Shown here piece by piece: positions 37,648 to 46,659 of a stretch of 64,000 nucleotides of DNA. The notes beneath the pieces are model-generated. The model was not told the DNA's origin. It made no database searches and worked only from the letters and a program-made list of their open reading frames with translations. A program made the translations under genes and the position numbers. The stretch's first letter is position 1. Each line of letters opens with the position of its first letter. Source of the stretch: Rhodothermales bacterium (GTDB taxonomy: Bacteria; Bacteroidota; Rhodothermia; Rhodothermales; UBA10348); assembly GCA_029249345.1 (NCBI GenBank), contig JAQWHM010000007.1:29793-93792 (forward strand), in the 5' to 3' direction.

Positions 37648-40600
37648 CTGATTAAGGCCATTTTAACCAGCATCACGTCTTCTCGGCCCGAAATAGACGT
37701 TGCTTTTACTCGAGCAAAATACAAACCACTTTGCGCGTTCGTTTCCCAGATATACTCTGCTGGGACGCCAGCCGACACCGACTGGATTTCAGCTTTGTGA
37801 ACGAGCGATCCAGCTCCATCCACAATTAAAATATTAATGTCAGAAACCTCATCCACCATGTAGCGAATGTGGGTGATTCCGTCCAAAATCGGGTTGGGCC
37901 AATTGTACGTTTCATCGGCTAACAACAATCGAGACGAGGGCTCAGTACCCGGTGTGCTTCCTTCTCGAACGTCTACCGCCAGATCAAACGATGATCGAGG
38001 TCTGGATACGATGCTTCGATTATCCGCTGCAACCCAGCCTGACAAAGCACCTTGGTTAGAAAGCGAGAGAAAGATGGGAGACAAGCCGAGATCTTGTGTC
38101 TCAGGACTTACGATAACGGTCGGTGCAATGGTTGAAGCATGGCCAGAGGATAGCGGAAAGCCTTCACTTCGCCTCACATCACCCTCTAACTCAATACCAT
38201 CCAGACTGCCTTCACTAGTCTGAAAGAGCGCCATTTGCTGATTCAACTCTGGTGATTCAACCACAATTAGGTCCGAGAGTACCTGACCAAAGGCTTGGAA
38301 GGGATAATCATCCATCAACGTCCCATTCGCATGGAATCCAAAAACATAGTCTCCACAGGCAATCAGAAATTCCGGGATTCCATCTTTCTCTCTGTCAAAA
38401 GCGATAGGATCACCTACCGTGCATGCACTTGACCCACTAAGAGGGCTCGAGAACTGCTGCCCATTTTCATGCAGCAGATGTAATGCGGAAGGATTCGAAG
38501 AACTCCATGAAAGTACCCAGCCCTCTTCTGAAAGCGCTGCGTCAAAGCGAGCAGGGTGGGATCCACTTAGATCCAGTACATGGGTTTTACCTGTTCTCTC
38601 ATCGAAGACGGCATGGTCAGAAATGATCAAGCCAGCGTCTGCTGAGCGTTCAAGTTGGATGATTCCTAAAATCTCATTCTGAAGCGGCTCGATTCGCGAT
38701 GAAAAGGTGCCGCTGGACTCCCTCTGCGCGATGGCCATCGCGGGGCCCATTGGAGTGGTCACTCCGATTCGAACGACGAAAGAGTTGCCCTCAGCATGCC
38801 AACTCATGTTGGAGGTCAGACTAGAAACGGTCATCCCCATCGTTCCCTGAACAATAGACTGTTCCAAGTCTCCGTTTGACGTCAAGGCCACAAAAACTTC
38901 AGGTGCAATTAATATCAAATCATTCGTCGGAAGAACGATCGGACCTCCATACAGCAAACCATCTGCATACGAACCATTGATGGATCCAAAGGCAGCCTTC
39001 CCACCTTCCTTCTCTGCTAGAAAATAAAGTGATTCACCTCGCACCACGCCCATTCGCCCATTTCCGCCAAACAAATCTGCCGGAAGCGCATTTTTTATAA
39101 TACCGGTGCTATTCCACACGCCAACGGTTTCCCGTTCAAACGAGAAGCTGAGCGTGGATGCGGGTTCTGAGATCTCCGATATCGTGATTCCCGATGGTAA
39201 CCCGGCATTGGTCAAGCTTGACGGGTAGGTGTCTTCCCCAAAGCGGTTATCGTATAACTGAATATCCTGACCAGTCGCAGTACGCACCAATACAGGGTTG
39301 CTTTCGAACCAAAAATCAAAGGGCGAGCCCAAATCGTAGCGAGGGCCGAAAAAACTCGCTCCAGAAGAATAGCCGATATCTTGCGCGCCGTCGGCCTCTT
39401 CGAGGTCGATGGCGCGTTTTTCCGGATCTGCGTTAACACTGTTGTCATTCAGACGAGTTACGAGTCTGTTCTCGTCAATGTGCCAGATCAATAAACCACC
39501 GATCAGAGCATTGTCATTTTCATCCACTCCTCCCGGAAGAGCAAAATCAAATTGGTCCACATCTAAAACGACGCCGCCCTCGAAACCCTCGATAGTCTGA
39601 TCGTTGAATTCTGGATCTGCATTGGGAAATCTGACCTCCTGCACTTGACCATCTTTAAGAACGGTAAGCCGAACGCCATCAGTCTCGGGATCACGGTGTC
39701 GGTTCTCTAACAAGTAATACTCACTTGCGGAAAGGTTTACCCTAGCAATCTGGTTGTTACTCGCATCTCCCGTATGAACCAACTCATTCACACCCGGCTC
39801 CGCTTCGAATACATCGCCCCAGCCCAGATAATATTTAGTCCATGCCGAGGGCTCAGGTGGAAAAAGACCACTGTATGCAAAAATGCCCAACGCATCCATC
39901 ACTCCAAATGGACCGATTGCACTTTCTCCTGTAGACGTATTGAACAGGTCTGGAACACCCAGATAGTTCAGAAAACTTGCCGCCAACATACCGTTGATGG
40001 ACAACTCAACCAGGAACGGCTCATCAGTCAGAAAATTGAATCCTAATCGCGATTCCGTTCGAGGAATCACCAAGGTGTTCGAAACCGGCAGTCCATCGAG
40101 CTCCAGGCCCGATACGCCCAATCTTTCGAGCGTTTCTGGGCCGAAATACAGTGATGGGAGGTCTTCTGGCGTCTTATCAAGGGTAGTACCAACCAACTCG
40201 ATATCCCGACCTACCCCTGCGTGAAAGACTAAAAATGCAGTGTTCGAAGCCGAAAATTCGTCCGGTACCTCACTGCCCGCAGCTTCGGCTTTCGACCAAG
40301 CTTCCGCAACAAGAGCCGACATTTTACTCAACTCAATATCGGACCCTGAATCAAAACCTGTGGGACTGTACTGCCCCATCTTGCCGTCCAAGGTCACTAT
40401 TTCGGGAATGACGTAGGTGGTTACCTCTGTTCGACCATCCGAAACCTTCGAAACATAGTTCCGGAGGAAAGAAAGATGGGCCTCAAAATAGTCCGCATCA
40501 TGTGGAAGTGGATCGATACGCGGAGGTTCTACGCCCTCAAACAGCGATCCGGAAAATCTTCCATCACCCGTTGTAAAACGAGTGGTGTCAGGCTGAAACT

Positions 40601-40745
40601 CAACCATGAGCGCAACCACATTCACCTGTGCAGGTGCAATCTGTTGTTGGGCGGAGGCAAAAAACGGGCTACTGTTCATGCACAGAGCCACGAAAACTAC
40701 CTTGAACATTAGACGCCAATGATTCGGCAGTTCAATTTCCGTCAT
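37644..40745 (-). CDS. T9SS cargo protein with M6 (immune-inhibitor-A)-like domain lacking HEXXH, and a type-A C-terminal sorting domain
   Basis: Signal peptide, then M6-like blocks LVFHAGVGRD, ...ASFLNYLGVPDLF (where M6 enzymes have HEFGHDLGLPDLY) and GPFGVMDALG. The C-terminal ~85 aa are typical of a T9SS CTD (NWPNP...LYFARVKA...VKMALIR). An alternative start at M13 (40709) is possible. Confidence 0.6.
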   Translation of the reverse strand: MTEIELPNHWRLMFKVVFVALCMNSSPFFASAQQQIAPAQVNVVALMVEFQPDTTRFTTGDGRFSGSLFEGVEPPRIDPLPHDADYFEAHLSFLRNYVSKVSDGRTEVTTYVIPEIVTLDGKMGQYSPTGFDSGSDIELSKMSALVAEAWSKAEAAGSEVPDEFSASNTAFLVFHAGVGRDIELVGTTLDKTPEDLPSLYFGPETLERLGVSGLELDGLPVSNTLVIPRTESRLGFNFLTDEPFLVELSINGMLAASFLNYLGVPDLFNTSTGESAIGPFGVMDALGIFAYSGLFPPEPSAWTKYYLGWGDVFEAEPGVNELVHTGDASNNQIARVNLSASEYYLLENRHRDPETDGVRLTVLKDGQVQEVRFPNADPEFNDQTIEGFEGGVVLDVDQFDFALPGGVDENDNALIGGLLIWHIDENRLVTRLNDNSVNADPEKRAIDLEEADGAQDIGYSSGASFFGPRYDLGSPFDFWFESNPVLVRTATGQDIQLYDNRFGEDTYPSSLTNAGLPSGITISEISEPASTLSFSFERETVGVWNSTGIIKNALPADLFGGNGRMGVVRGESLYFLAEKEGGKAAFGSINGSYADGLLYGGPIVLPTNDLILIAPEVFVALTSNGDLEQSIVQGTMGMTVSSLTSNMSWHAEGNSFVVRIGVTTPMGPAMAIAQRESSGTFSSRIEPLQNEILGIIQLERSADAGLIISDHAVFDERTGKTHVLDLSGSHPARFDAALSEEGWVLSWSSSNPSALHLLHENGQQFSSPLSGSSACTVGDPIAFDREKDGIPEFLIACGDYVFGFHANGTLMDDYPFQAFGQVLSDLIVVESPELNQQMALFQTSEGSLDGIELEGDVRRSEGFPLSSGHASTIAPTVIVSPETQDLGLSPIFLSLSNQGALSGWVAADNRSIVSRPRSSFDLAVDVREGSTPGTEPSSRLLLADETYNWPNPILDGITHIRYMVDEVSDINILIVDGAGSLVHKAEIQSVSAGVPAEYIWETNAQSGLYFARVKATSISGREDVMLVKMALIR

Positions 40746-40803
40746 GTGTTTCAGCTGGATCGGTGTGCGTCAGGACAACCCGAACAGTTCCAATTGATGG
40801 GCC

Positions 40804-41952
40804 TTACTTCGCGAAATTAACCAGCATCGAGAAACGCATGGTATTGGCCAGAGGAGAATTTTGCTCTGCATAGATGTACGAGAAATCAATACCAATAATA
40901 TTGACACGCACACCAGCACCGAGAGTCATGTATTTACGGTTACCGTTGTTCGGATTCTCGTAAAAATATCCACCACGAAGAGCGAAAAGATCATTGTACC
41001 AGTACTCAAATCCAGTCCCAATCGTCATCTGACTCAGAACACTCAGATTTGTATAGGTTGCTTCATCATCTGCAAGCGCGTTTGTACGCACTTTAATGGG
41101 CTGCCAAGACGAGAATACTGCCTTGTAGAAAGGATCAGCTGTCGAAGCCGAATCGGGGTAATGGATTAGGTCCTTGTTGAAATCTGTTACCAACGTCAGG
41201 CTGTTATACTCGTCAAAATCCATTTTGAACGCATATCCAAACCGGATATTGGTGGGAATGGGATCAGCCTGCGCGTTGTCAGAATACTGGATTTTATTAC
41301 CCATGTTGGCCAGGTTAAATCCGAGACTGAATTCACCCTTCATGGTCTCTCCCATGCTGAACTTGTTCGTACGGTAAAGGCCAGCAATGTCAAAAGCGGT
41401 AGAAACACCGGCTTTCGTTTCCTGTGCTCCCACGGTCTGGCCCGGGGCCAAGTTGGAATAGATAAATCGAAGACTGGTACCTATACCAAAATTATCTCCC
41501 AATTTCGTTCCATATGAAAGGCCTGTTGCCAAATCATATGATTTGAACGTACCCGTCGGGTTGTTTTGTTCATCTCGGCCTTCATGCTGGCCTAAAAACA
41601 GATAGGTAAGATGGGCACCGAACGTTCCCCATCCTGGGACGTGATGCTTGGCGATCAGGTACTCGTAGAAGAGATCTGCATTGAACTCGGGTAGCCAAGA
41701 AGAGTGGGTAATACCCGCTTCTGTACCCTTCTGGAAAGCCAGACCAGCTGGATTCCAAAAAACGGCACTCGCATTGTCTGCTAGAGCAACCCCAGCGTTT
41801 CCCATTCCAGAAGCACGACTGTCTGGTTCAATCTTGAGAAAGACAACTGCGGCACCACCTACCTGGGCCGAGGCTACCAATGGAATAAAAAGAGTTGCGA
41901 CCAGCAAGAGTGCTGCGCTACGGGTAAAAGTCTTTCGCACGATATGATGCAT
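40804..41952 (-). CDS. porV: T9SS outer-membrane shuttle protein PorV (LptO)
   Basis: Signal peptide from the ATG at 41952 (MHHIVRKTF...VASAQ). The PorV hallmark block is AAVVFLKIEPDSRASGMGNAGVALADNASAVFWNPAGLAF. Beta-barrel ending in NFAK. Adjacent to porU. Confidence 0.85.
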   Translation of the reverse strand: MHHIVRKTFTRSAALLLVATLFIPLVASAQVGGAAVVFLKIEPDSRASGMGNAGVALADNASAVFWNPAGLAFQKGTEAGITHSSWLPEFNADLFYEYLIAKHHVPGWGTFGAHLTYLFLGQHEGRDEQNNPTGTFKSYDLATGLSYGTKLGDNFGIGTSLRFIYSNLAPGQTVGAQETKAGVSTAFDIAGLYRTNKFSMGETMKGEFSLGFNLANMGNKIQYSDNAQADPIPTNIRFGYAFKMDFDEYNSLTLVTDFNKDLIHYPDSASTADPFYKAVFSSWQPIKVRTNALADDEATYTNLSVLSQMTIGTGFEYWYNDLFALRGGYFYENPNNGNRKYMTLGAGVRVNIIGIDFSYIYAEQNSPLANTMRFSMLVNFAK

Positions 41953-42201
41953 ATTAAGAGCCAGAGAACGGATTCTGGAGTTAAAAGAAAGTTCGATTCG
42001 ATTCTGAGCGATGTACGCTTCGTTGTACGCTGCAGTCATTGGGATCCTATTAATGTAGCGAGATCCTAAGCAGAGAACTAGACCAAAAAAAGTGAATGGT
42101 CTGGTTGAACAGTGCTTCGAATACCACTAGTACGTTGTTATACAATGATTGTTGTTCAGTATCTGTGAATCGATAAAATCTCCCTTTTAAATTTTTCTAT
42201 T

Positions 42202-45200
42202 TTATCTGATGATAGCAAGTTTTTCGACATGCTCACTCACCTGTCTACCGCCATCTGCGCCAATTGTCTCAACGCGCAAGCGATATAAGTAGATGCCTGT
42301 TGCAGGTCGGTCCAGATCGTCGTCTTTTCCGTCCCAATAGACCTGTACAGGTCCACTACTCAGAACACCTTCGGGAAGTGCTTCGTCAGAATGTATGGTT
42401 CGTATCGGTCGTCCGCTAAGCGTATAAATACGAAGTTGAACCTCTGCCGAGGTGCCCGGAGGCTGGTTATGTTCAAAAACGAACCGCGTTTCGCGATTCA
42501 TGGGGTTAGGATAGTTATACACATTAATAACGTCCAACACCTCATTATTCGCTACTTCAAATGCAAGTTGGGCTGTATTTGAGTTATTTAGCACATCCCA
42601 TGCCCTCACACTCAACGTATGACTACCCGCTGCCATACCCGTTAGCGGCCAAGTAACCGTCCCTTTCTGATAAGAATTAGGCTCGGCTACAAACGCACTA
42701 CCAATATCCTGCGCTGCAGCATCATTGCCATCCAGCGAAAGTAACATTTCATGTCCGACCCCGGTACCGACCGTGTTGATACCAGACTGGTCATTCAATT
42801 GCACAATCAACTCCGCGTCTTCGTTCACTTTCTGTCCCGCGACAAACGTAGTATCATTCAAAAACAGCATTAATTCGGGGCCGAGATCATCATTGGGTGG
42901 AGAGTCAGACGTACCGCCCACAATGAATTGTTCGGTGTAGCCAATGGCCTGAGTCCCTGCACCCTGCGCATAAACGGCAATTCTACCAGTCTCATTTGAA
43001 TAGCTGATGTCTTTAGGAACTACAAATTCAGCCAAGAAATCGCCAGCTGTAGCCTGAACCTCACCGCGCCAAAGAAGATCTTCTCGATCCCTGAAAAAGG
43101 ACTGAGTGTAATATCGCCTGTTTTTAGTGGGCACGATGCGCTCCGCATCAAAAACGGTTACACTCACCAAACCATCAAAGGAGTTATCCTTGTTGCCAGC
43201 AGCATCCTGTATTTCACCTTGGATAGAAACAAGATCTAATGCCTTCATTTGACCTGTTTCTGAAGTTAGGTCCGTGCTGTTCAGCGTTTGAACAACGGCT
43301 TCTCGGGGTGCGAGTCCGACACGCATAGAAGGGTCTCCAAGCAAATTGAATTTCCTTGAATTGCCCTGAAGCCCGACATTTGTGTTTTTGGTAAGCCGCA
43401 TGACATCGCCCAGACGGCGAGGAAGACCATCACTATCCTTTTCGAATAAGGCAATGTTCAGCGCGCGATTAAGGCCCGCATTCAGCGACGTGGTTGAGCC
43501 CGACGTATAAACCAACCGAACCGTGGTCATCAGAGCCACAGCACCACCGTTGGGGTTTAACAGCAGCGCTTCAGCACCACTCTGCGTCTCTTCTAAGTCC
43601 CACCACCCAAAGGAACAGGTCGCCGTGACAAAAATGGCCAGCTTATCCTTGTTGGTCAGTGCAAGTGCATCTTCTTTAGTAAAAATTTCCTCCTGAGCCA
43701 GTCCGTCTGGGCCCCCATGCCCACTGTAATTGAGTAGCAACGTCCCCCGGTTCAGCGTATCATTGATTTCTTTTTTCGCATCTGGAATACGGAATCCATT
43801 CAGAAATACTCGTTCGTACGTTTCACCGTAGATTTTCCGCAAGTTGATCTGCGGATACAACTGCGTTGCCACCAGTTCCGCAACCTGATCTACGTTGGCC
43901 AAATGCAAGTCTGCATCATCCTGCTGCCCGGAAAGCCCCGTCGGTCCGTCATCTGCCACCATCGTGTACTCTGAACGCCAAGACCCATGCGTCGCAGGGT
44001 CCTCATAAGAGATCACTTTATCCACCACCATTTCAGCTTCTGCGACCGTCTGAACCGGGAATCGACCAATCCCGATATCCATCCGCTCCGTCGAAGTCGT
44101 ACTGAATGAATTGTATACCCACAGCCCCTCATTGTCATCTAGAAGACCGAAATAGTCATCGGACGTAAAGGAAGCATCTGAGCGTAATGACTCCTCCGTT
44201 TCATAAGGGAAGATCAGATTGTTAAGCGGGTTGTTATAGGTCGAGAGCCCTCTAAAATCGTAATGACCATCTCCAAAAAGGAGCAAGTATCTGGGTATCT
44301 CGGAAACGGGAGCACGGTCGTATAGGAATTTCAAATAATCTCGGATAGCCCTCATATCGGGAACGCCCCCCGAAAACTCATTGAATACTTCAGTCTGAGT
44401 TACCAATTCTACCTGCAACCCTTCTGATCGCCGAATATCTGCTAGCCTTCCGGCCGCACCTAAAAAGACTTCCGGGGCAAGAATGACCATATCTGGAAAT
44501 CCACTTACTCCGTGCAAGTTTTGATTGGCCACAGGAACGCTTTGATCAACGGACACATTCTGAATATCGTCGGGTAAGAATGCAATGAGATCTGCAGGAC
44601 GGGCAGCTACATCCTCAGCAGCTACTGAAACCACAAAATCAGACCCTAATGTGCTCACTTCATACGACTTGGCCAAGACCCCATCCGTGATATTCCACAC
44701 ACGTGGGATAGACGAGAAATTCCGCATTCTAAAACGACGAGCTTGCGTCACTCCAACTGGAGTGGTGAAGAAGAGAGCTCCCTCCTCACGAATCAATTCC
44801 TGAGTATAATTGATTCTAATCCAATCCACTGCTGCTTGAGGCTCATTTGCCTGATTAAGCAATCGCATCGTTAAGTCAAGAACCTGTCTGTCCGCTACTA
44901 CCTCGCTGAACCCAAAGGTACTCGGGTGAGCAGAGGGGTTTTCTGCCCCAGGAAAGGTCGTTAGAGAGGCTGTTCGCTGCCCGAGTGTCGTGCCTGCGGA
45001 AGACATCGCGACAGTTGCACGCGGGTTTGAGGCAATGGCTACTCTCGCTTGGTACTGAACGGTACCGGCCAATAATCCTGGTAATGATAAATCTGAATAG
45101 ATGGTTCGAGATCCGCCAGATCGAATGGTATTGCTCATCCAGTCCTGGCCAGTTCCATGCTCACGAACCCAAACCTGTTCTTCTAGATCAACAAAGTGCC

Positions 45201-46176
45201 TGCCTTCAGTAACTGAGGTCTCTGGATTAGATGGCGAAGAATCGAATGCTGAGGTGGAGAGCGACGCTCCGAGACTCGTTCCAATTTTTATAAAGACGGC
45301 ATTGTCATTCGAAAATGGATGTATGTAATGCTCAAATGCACTATCTGCATAGGTCCATCCATTTGCGCCTCGGGCATAGAACAAGACTTCATCGGCCGAC
45401 CCGAAATTCCCATCTCCGCCTCCAATACGCTCTACAGGCAGCTCATTGAGATCTTTCGGACGATCCAAACTGTTTAAGGCAGGAAGTGGCAATCCACCGT
45501 TCGAAAAGACGCCGATCTGGTTCGGGTCGATCGTATCGGGATCCAAGCCAATACCTAAAAGGAAGGATCGATTAATCCGGTACACGCCTGCATCGGCTAT
45601 CGATATCCTGAAAAGACTACCGGAAGACAGCACACTTTCTACCACTGAACTGCCCTTCGAAGCGCTACGGCTCACCGTTCGATTCATATCCGGCGTTAGC
45701 TCAACGCGGATACTTCTGTACCGGCGAAGAACGCCTTCCTGCGAAGACAACGAAAAAACAGAGGCAACAACCTCTACTAAAGGCTCTTTGCGCGAGATCC
45801 CAAGGCCTTCCAACCATACATCGGATGCTCTGTTCGGCGCTTGGTTCTGCGATATCGCCACATTTACTTCGTCAAACTGACGAGAAAGAACACGCACCTC
45901 AGGAAGAACAAGGCTGGAAAGACGAATCGTATGAGCCGCAGAATGCAAGCCTCCGGTGAAAGCTTCTAAAACCTGATCACTCCAGGTAGAAACACCCGAG
46001 GAATCGACCATTTGCTGGAGCGCATCGTCCCAATCAAATCGAAAGTCGACCAATATGCGGCCATCTACTTGGCGCTCTTCCGAAATATCGACGCGCTGGG
46101 CGGTAGCCTCTCCGTGCACGATAACGGACAGCAGTAAAAAAAAGAGGAGTAAGTATGGTCGTACGAGGCCTTTCAA
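42202..46176 (-). CDS. porU: T9SS sortase PorU (C25 gingipain-like cysteine peptidase)
   Basis: 1324 aa with the C25-type catalytic dyad context NYSGHGG and VTATCSFG, and its own CTD (NYPNPM...IYLYRLRV...EKLAIIR). Confidence 0.85.
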   Translation of the reverse strand: MKGLVRPYLLLFFLLLSVIVHGEATAQRVDISEERQVDGRILVDFRFDWDDALQQMVDSSGVSTWSDQVLEAFTGGLHSAAHTIRLSSLVLPEVRVLSRQFDEVNVAISQNQAPNRASDVWLEGLGISRKEPLVEVVASVFSLSSQEGVLRRYRSIRVELTPDMNRTVSRSASKGSSVVESVLSSGSLFRISIADAGVYRINRSFLLGIGLDPDTIDPNQIGVFSNGGLPLPALNSLDRPKDLNELPVERIGGGDGNFGSADEVLFYARGANGWTYADSAFEHYIHPFSNDNAVFIKIGTSLGASLSTSAFDSSPSNPETSVTEGRHFVDLEEQVWVREHGTGQDWMSNTIRSGGSRTIYSDLSLPGLLAGTVQYQARVAIASNPRATVAMSSAGTTLGQRTASLTTFPGAENPSAHPSTFGFSEVVADRQVLDLTMRLLNQANEPQAAVDWIRINYTQELIREEGALFFTTPVGVTQARRFRMRNFSSIPRVWNITDGVLAKSYEVSTLGSDFVVSVAAEDVAARPADLIAFLPDDIQNVSVDQSVPVANQNLHGVSGFPDMVILAPEVFLGAAGRLADIRRSEGLQVELVTQTEVFNEFSGGVPDMRAIRDYLKFLYDRAPVSEIPRYLLLFGDGHYDFRGLSTYNNPLNNLIFPYETEESLRSDASFTSDDYFGLLDDNEGLWVYNSFSTTSTERMDIGIGRFPVQTVAEAEMVVDKVISYEDPATHGSWRSEYTMVADDGPTGLSGQQDDADLHLANVDQVAELVATQLYPQINLRKIYGETYERVFLNGFRIPDAKKEINDTLNRGTLLLNYSGHGGPDGLAQEEIFTKEDALALTNKDKLAIFVTATCSFGWWDLEETQSGAEALLLNPNGGAVALMTTVRLVYTSGSTTSLNAGLNRALNIALFEKDSDGLPRRLGDVMRLTKNTNVGLQGNSRKFNLLGDPSMRVGLAPREAVVQTLNSTDLTSETGQMKALDLVSIQGEIQDAAGNKDNSFDGLVSVTVFDAERIVPTKNRRYYTQSFFRDREDLLWRGEVQATAGDFLAEFVVPKDISYSNETGRIAVYAQGAGTQAIGYTEQFIVGGTSDSPPNDDLGPELMLFLNDTTFVAGQKVNEDAELIVQLNDQSGINTVGTGVGHEMLLSLDGNDAAAQDIGSAFVAEPNSYQKGTVTWPLTGMAAGSHTLSVRAWDVLNNSNTAQLAFEVANNEVLDVINVYNYPNPMNRETRFVFEHNQPPGTSAEVQLRIYTLSGRPIRTIHSDEALPEGVLSSGPVQVYWDGKDDDLDRPATGIYLYRLRVETIGADGGRQVSEHVEKLAIIR

Positions 46177-46350
46177 AAGGGCAATTCCAGATTTTCTGTT
46201 TCTGACGAACGTTTCAGAACCCTGTAATGATGATCAATTCAGGTAATCCATGATTTTGACGCTACACCAGGCATTACACGGGTTAGCCCGTTTACACCTT
46301 AGTACTCATCAATTGGATTTTGTAACAGTTTTATATGGCGTACTTCAACT

Positions 46351-46629
46351 TTACAGTTTTTCAGAAAGATTTGAGAGCATACTCCGAATCACCATGAGTC
46401 GATCCACTTGCTCCGTCAATTTATCGAGAGCAGCTCCCATGTCTTCGAGAGGATCCTCGACGTCGGCATATACATTTAATGCAATGGCCAGCTCTTTGAG
46501 AAGCTCCACGTTTCCCGAAACAACAGACAGCGGATTATTGAGATCGTGCTGAATGCGTGAGATATGAGATTTCAGTTGCTCTAGGGCAGCTTTCAGCTCT
46601 TCGGTGTTATGTGGTTCGGTAATCGTCAT
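46351..46629 (-). CDS. stand-alone histidine-kinase DHp (HisKA) domain protein
   Basis: 92 aa with H-box ISRIQHDLNNPLSVVSGNVELL followed by a second helix. No N/G1/F/G2 ATPase boxes occur here or in the 175 nt downstream. Confidence 0.6.
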   Translation of the reverse strand: MTITEPHNTEELKAALEQLKSHISRIQHDLNNPLSVVSGNVELLKELAIALNVYADVEDPLEDMGAALDKLTEQVDRLMVIRSMLSNLSEKL

Positions 46630-46659
46630 CTGGGTCGTGTCTCGCAGATATACAAACCC

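Noticed and set aside
41953-42201. 249-nt porU-porV spacer with short repeats (TGTACGCT twice, GTTGTT twice) and small hairpins
   Set aside because: The repeats are only 6-8 nt and the stems 5-6 bp, within chance expectation. It is most simply the porV promoter and 5'-UTR.
45446-45880. Long antisense ORFs inside large genes (examples: 45446-45880, 46604-47242, 60190-60642, 6320-6751, 5231-5569, 37867-38223)
   Set aside because: Each is fully embedded opposite a gene with strong family motifs. They have Arg/Ser/Pro-rich, low-information translations typical of antisense frames in moderately GC-rich DNA. No evidence for overlapping genes.
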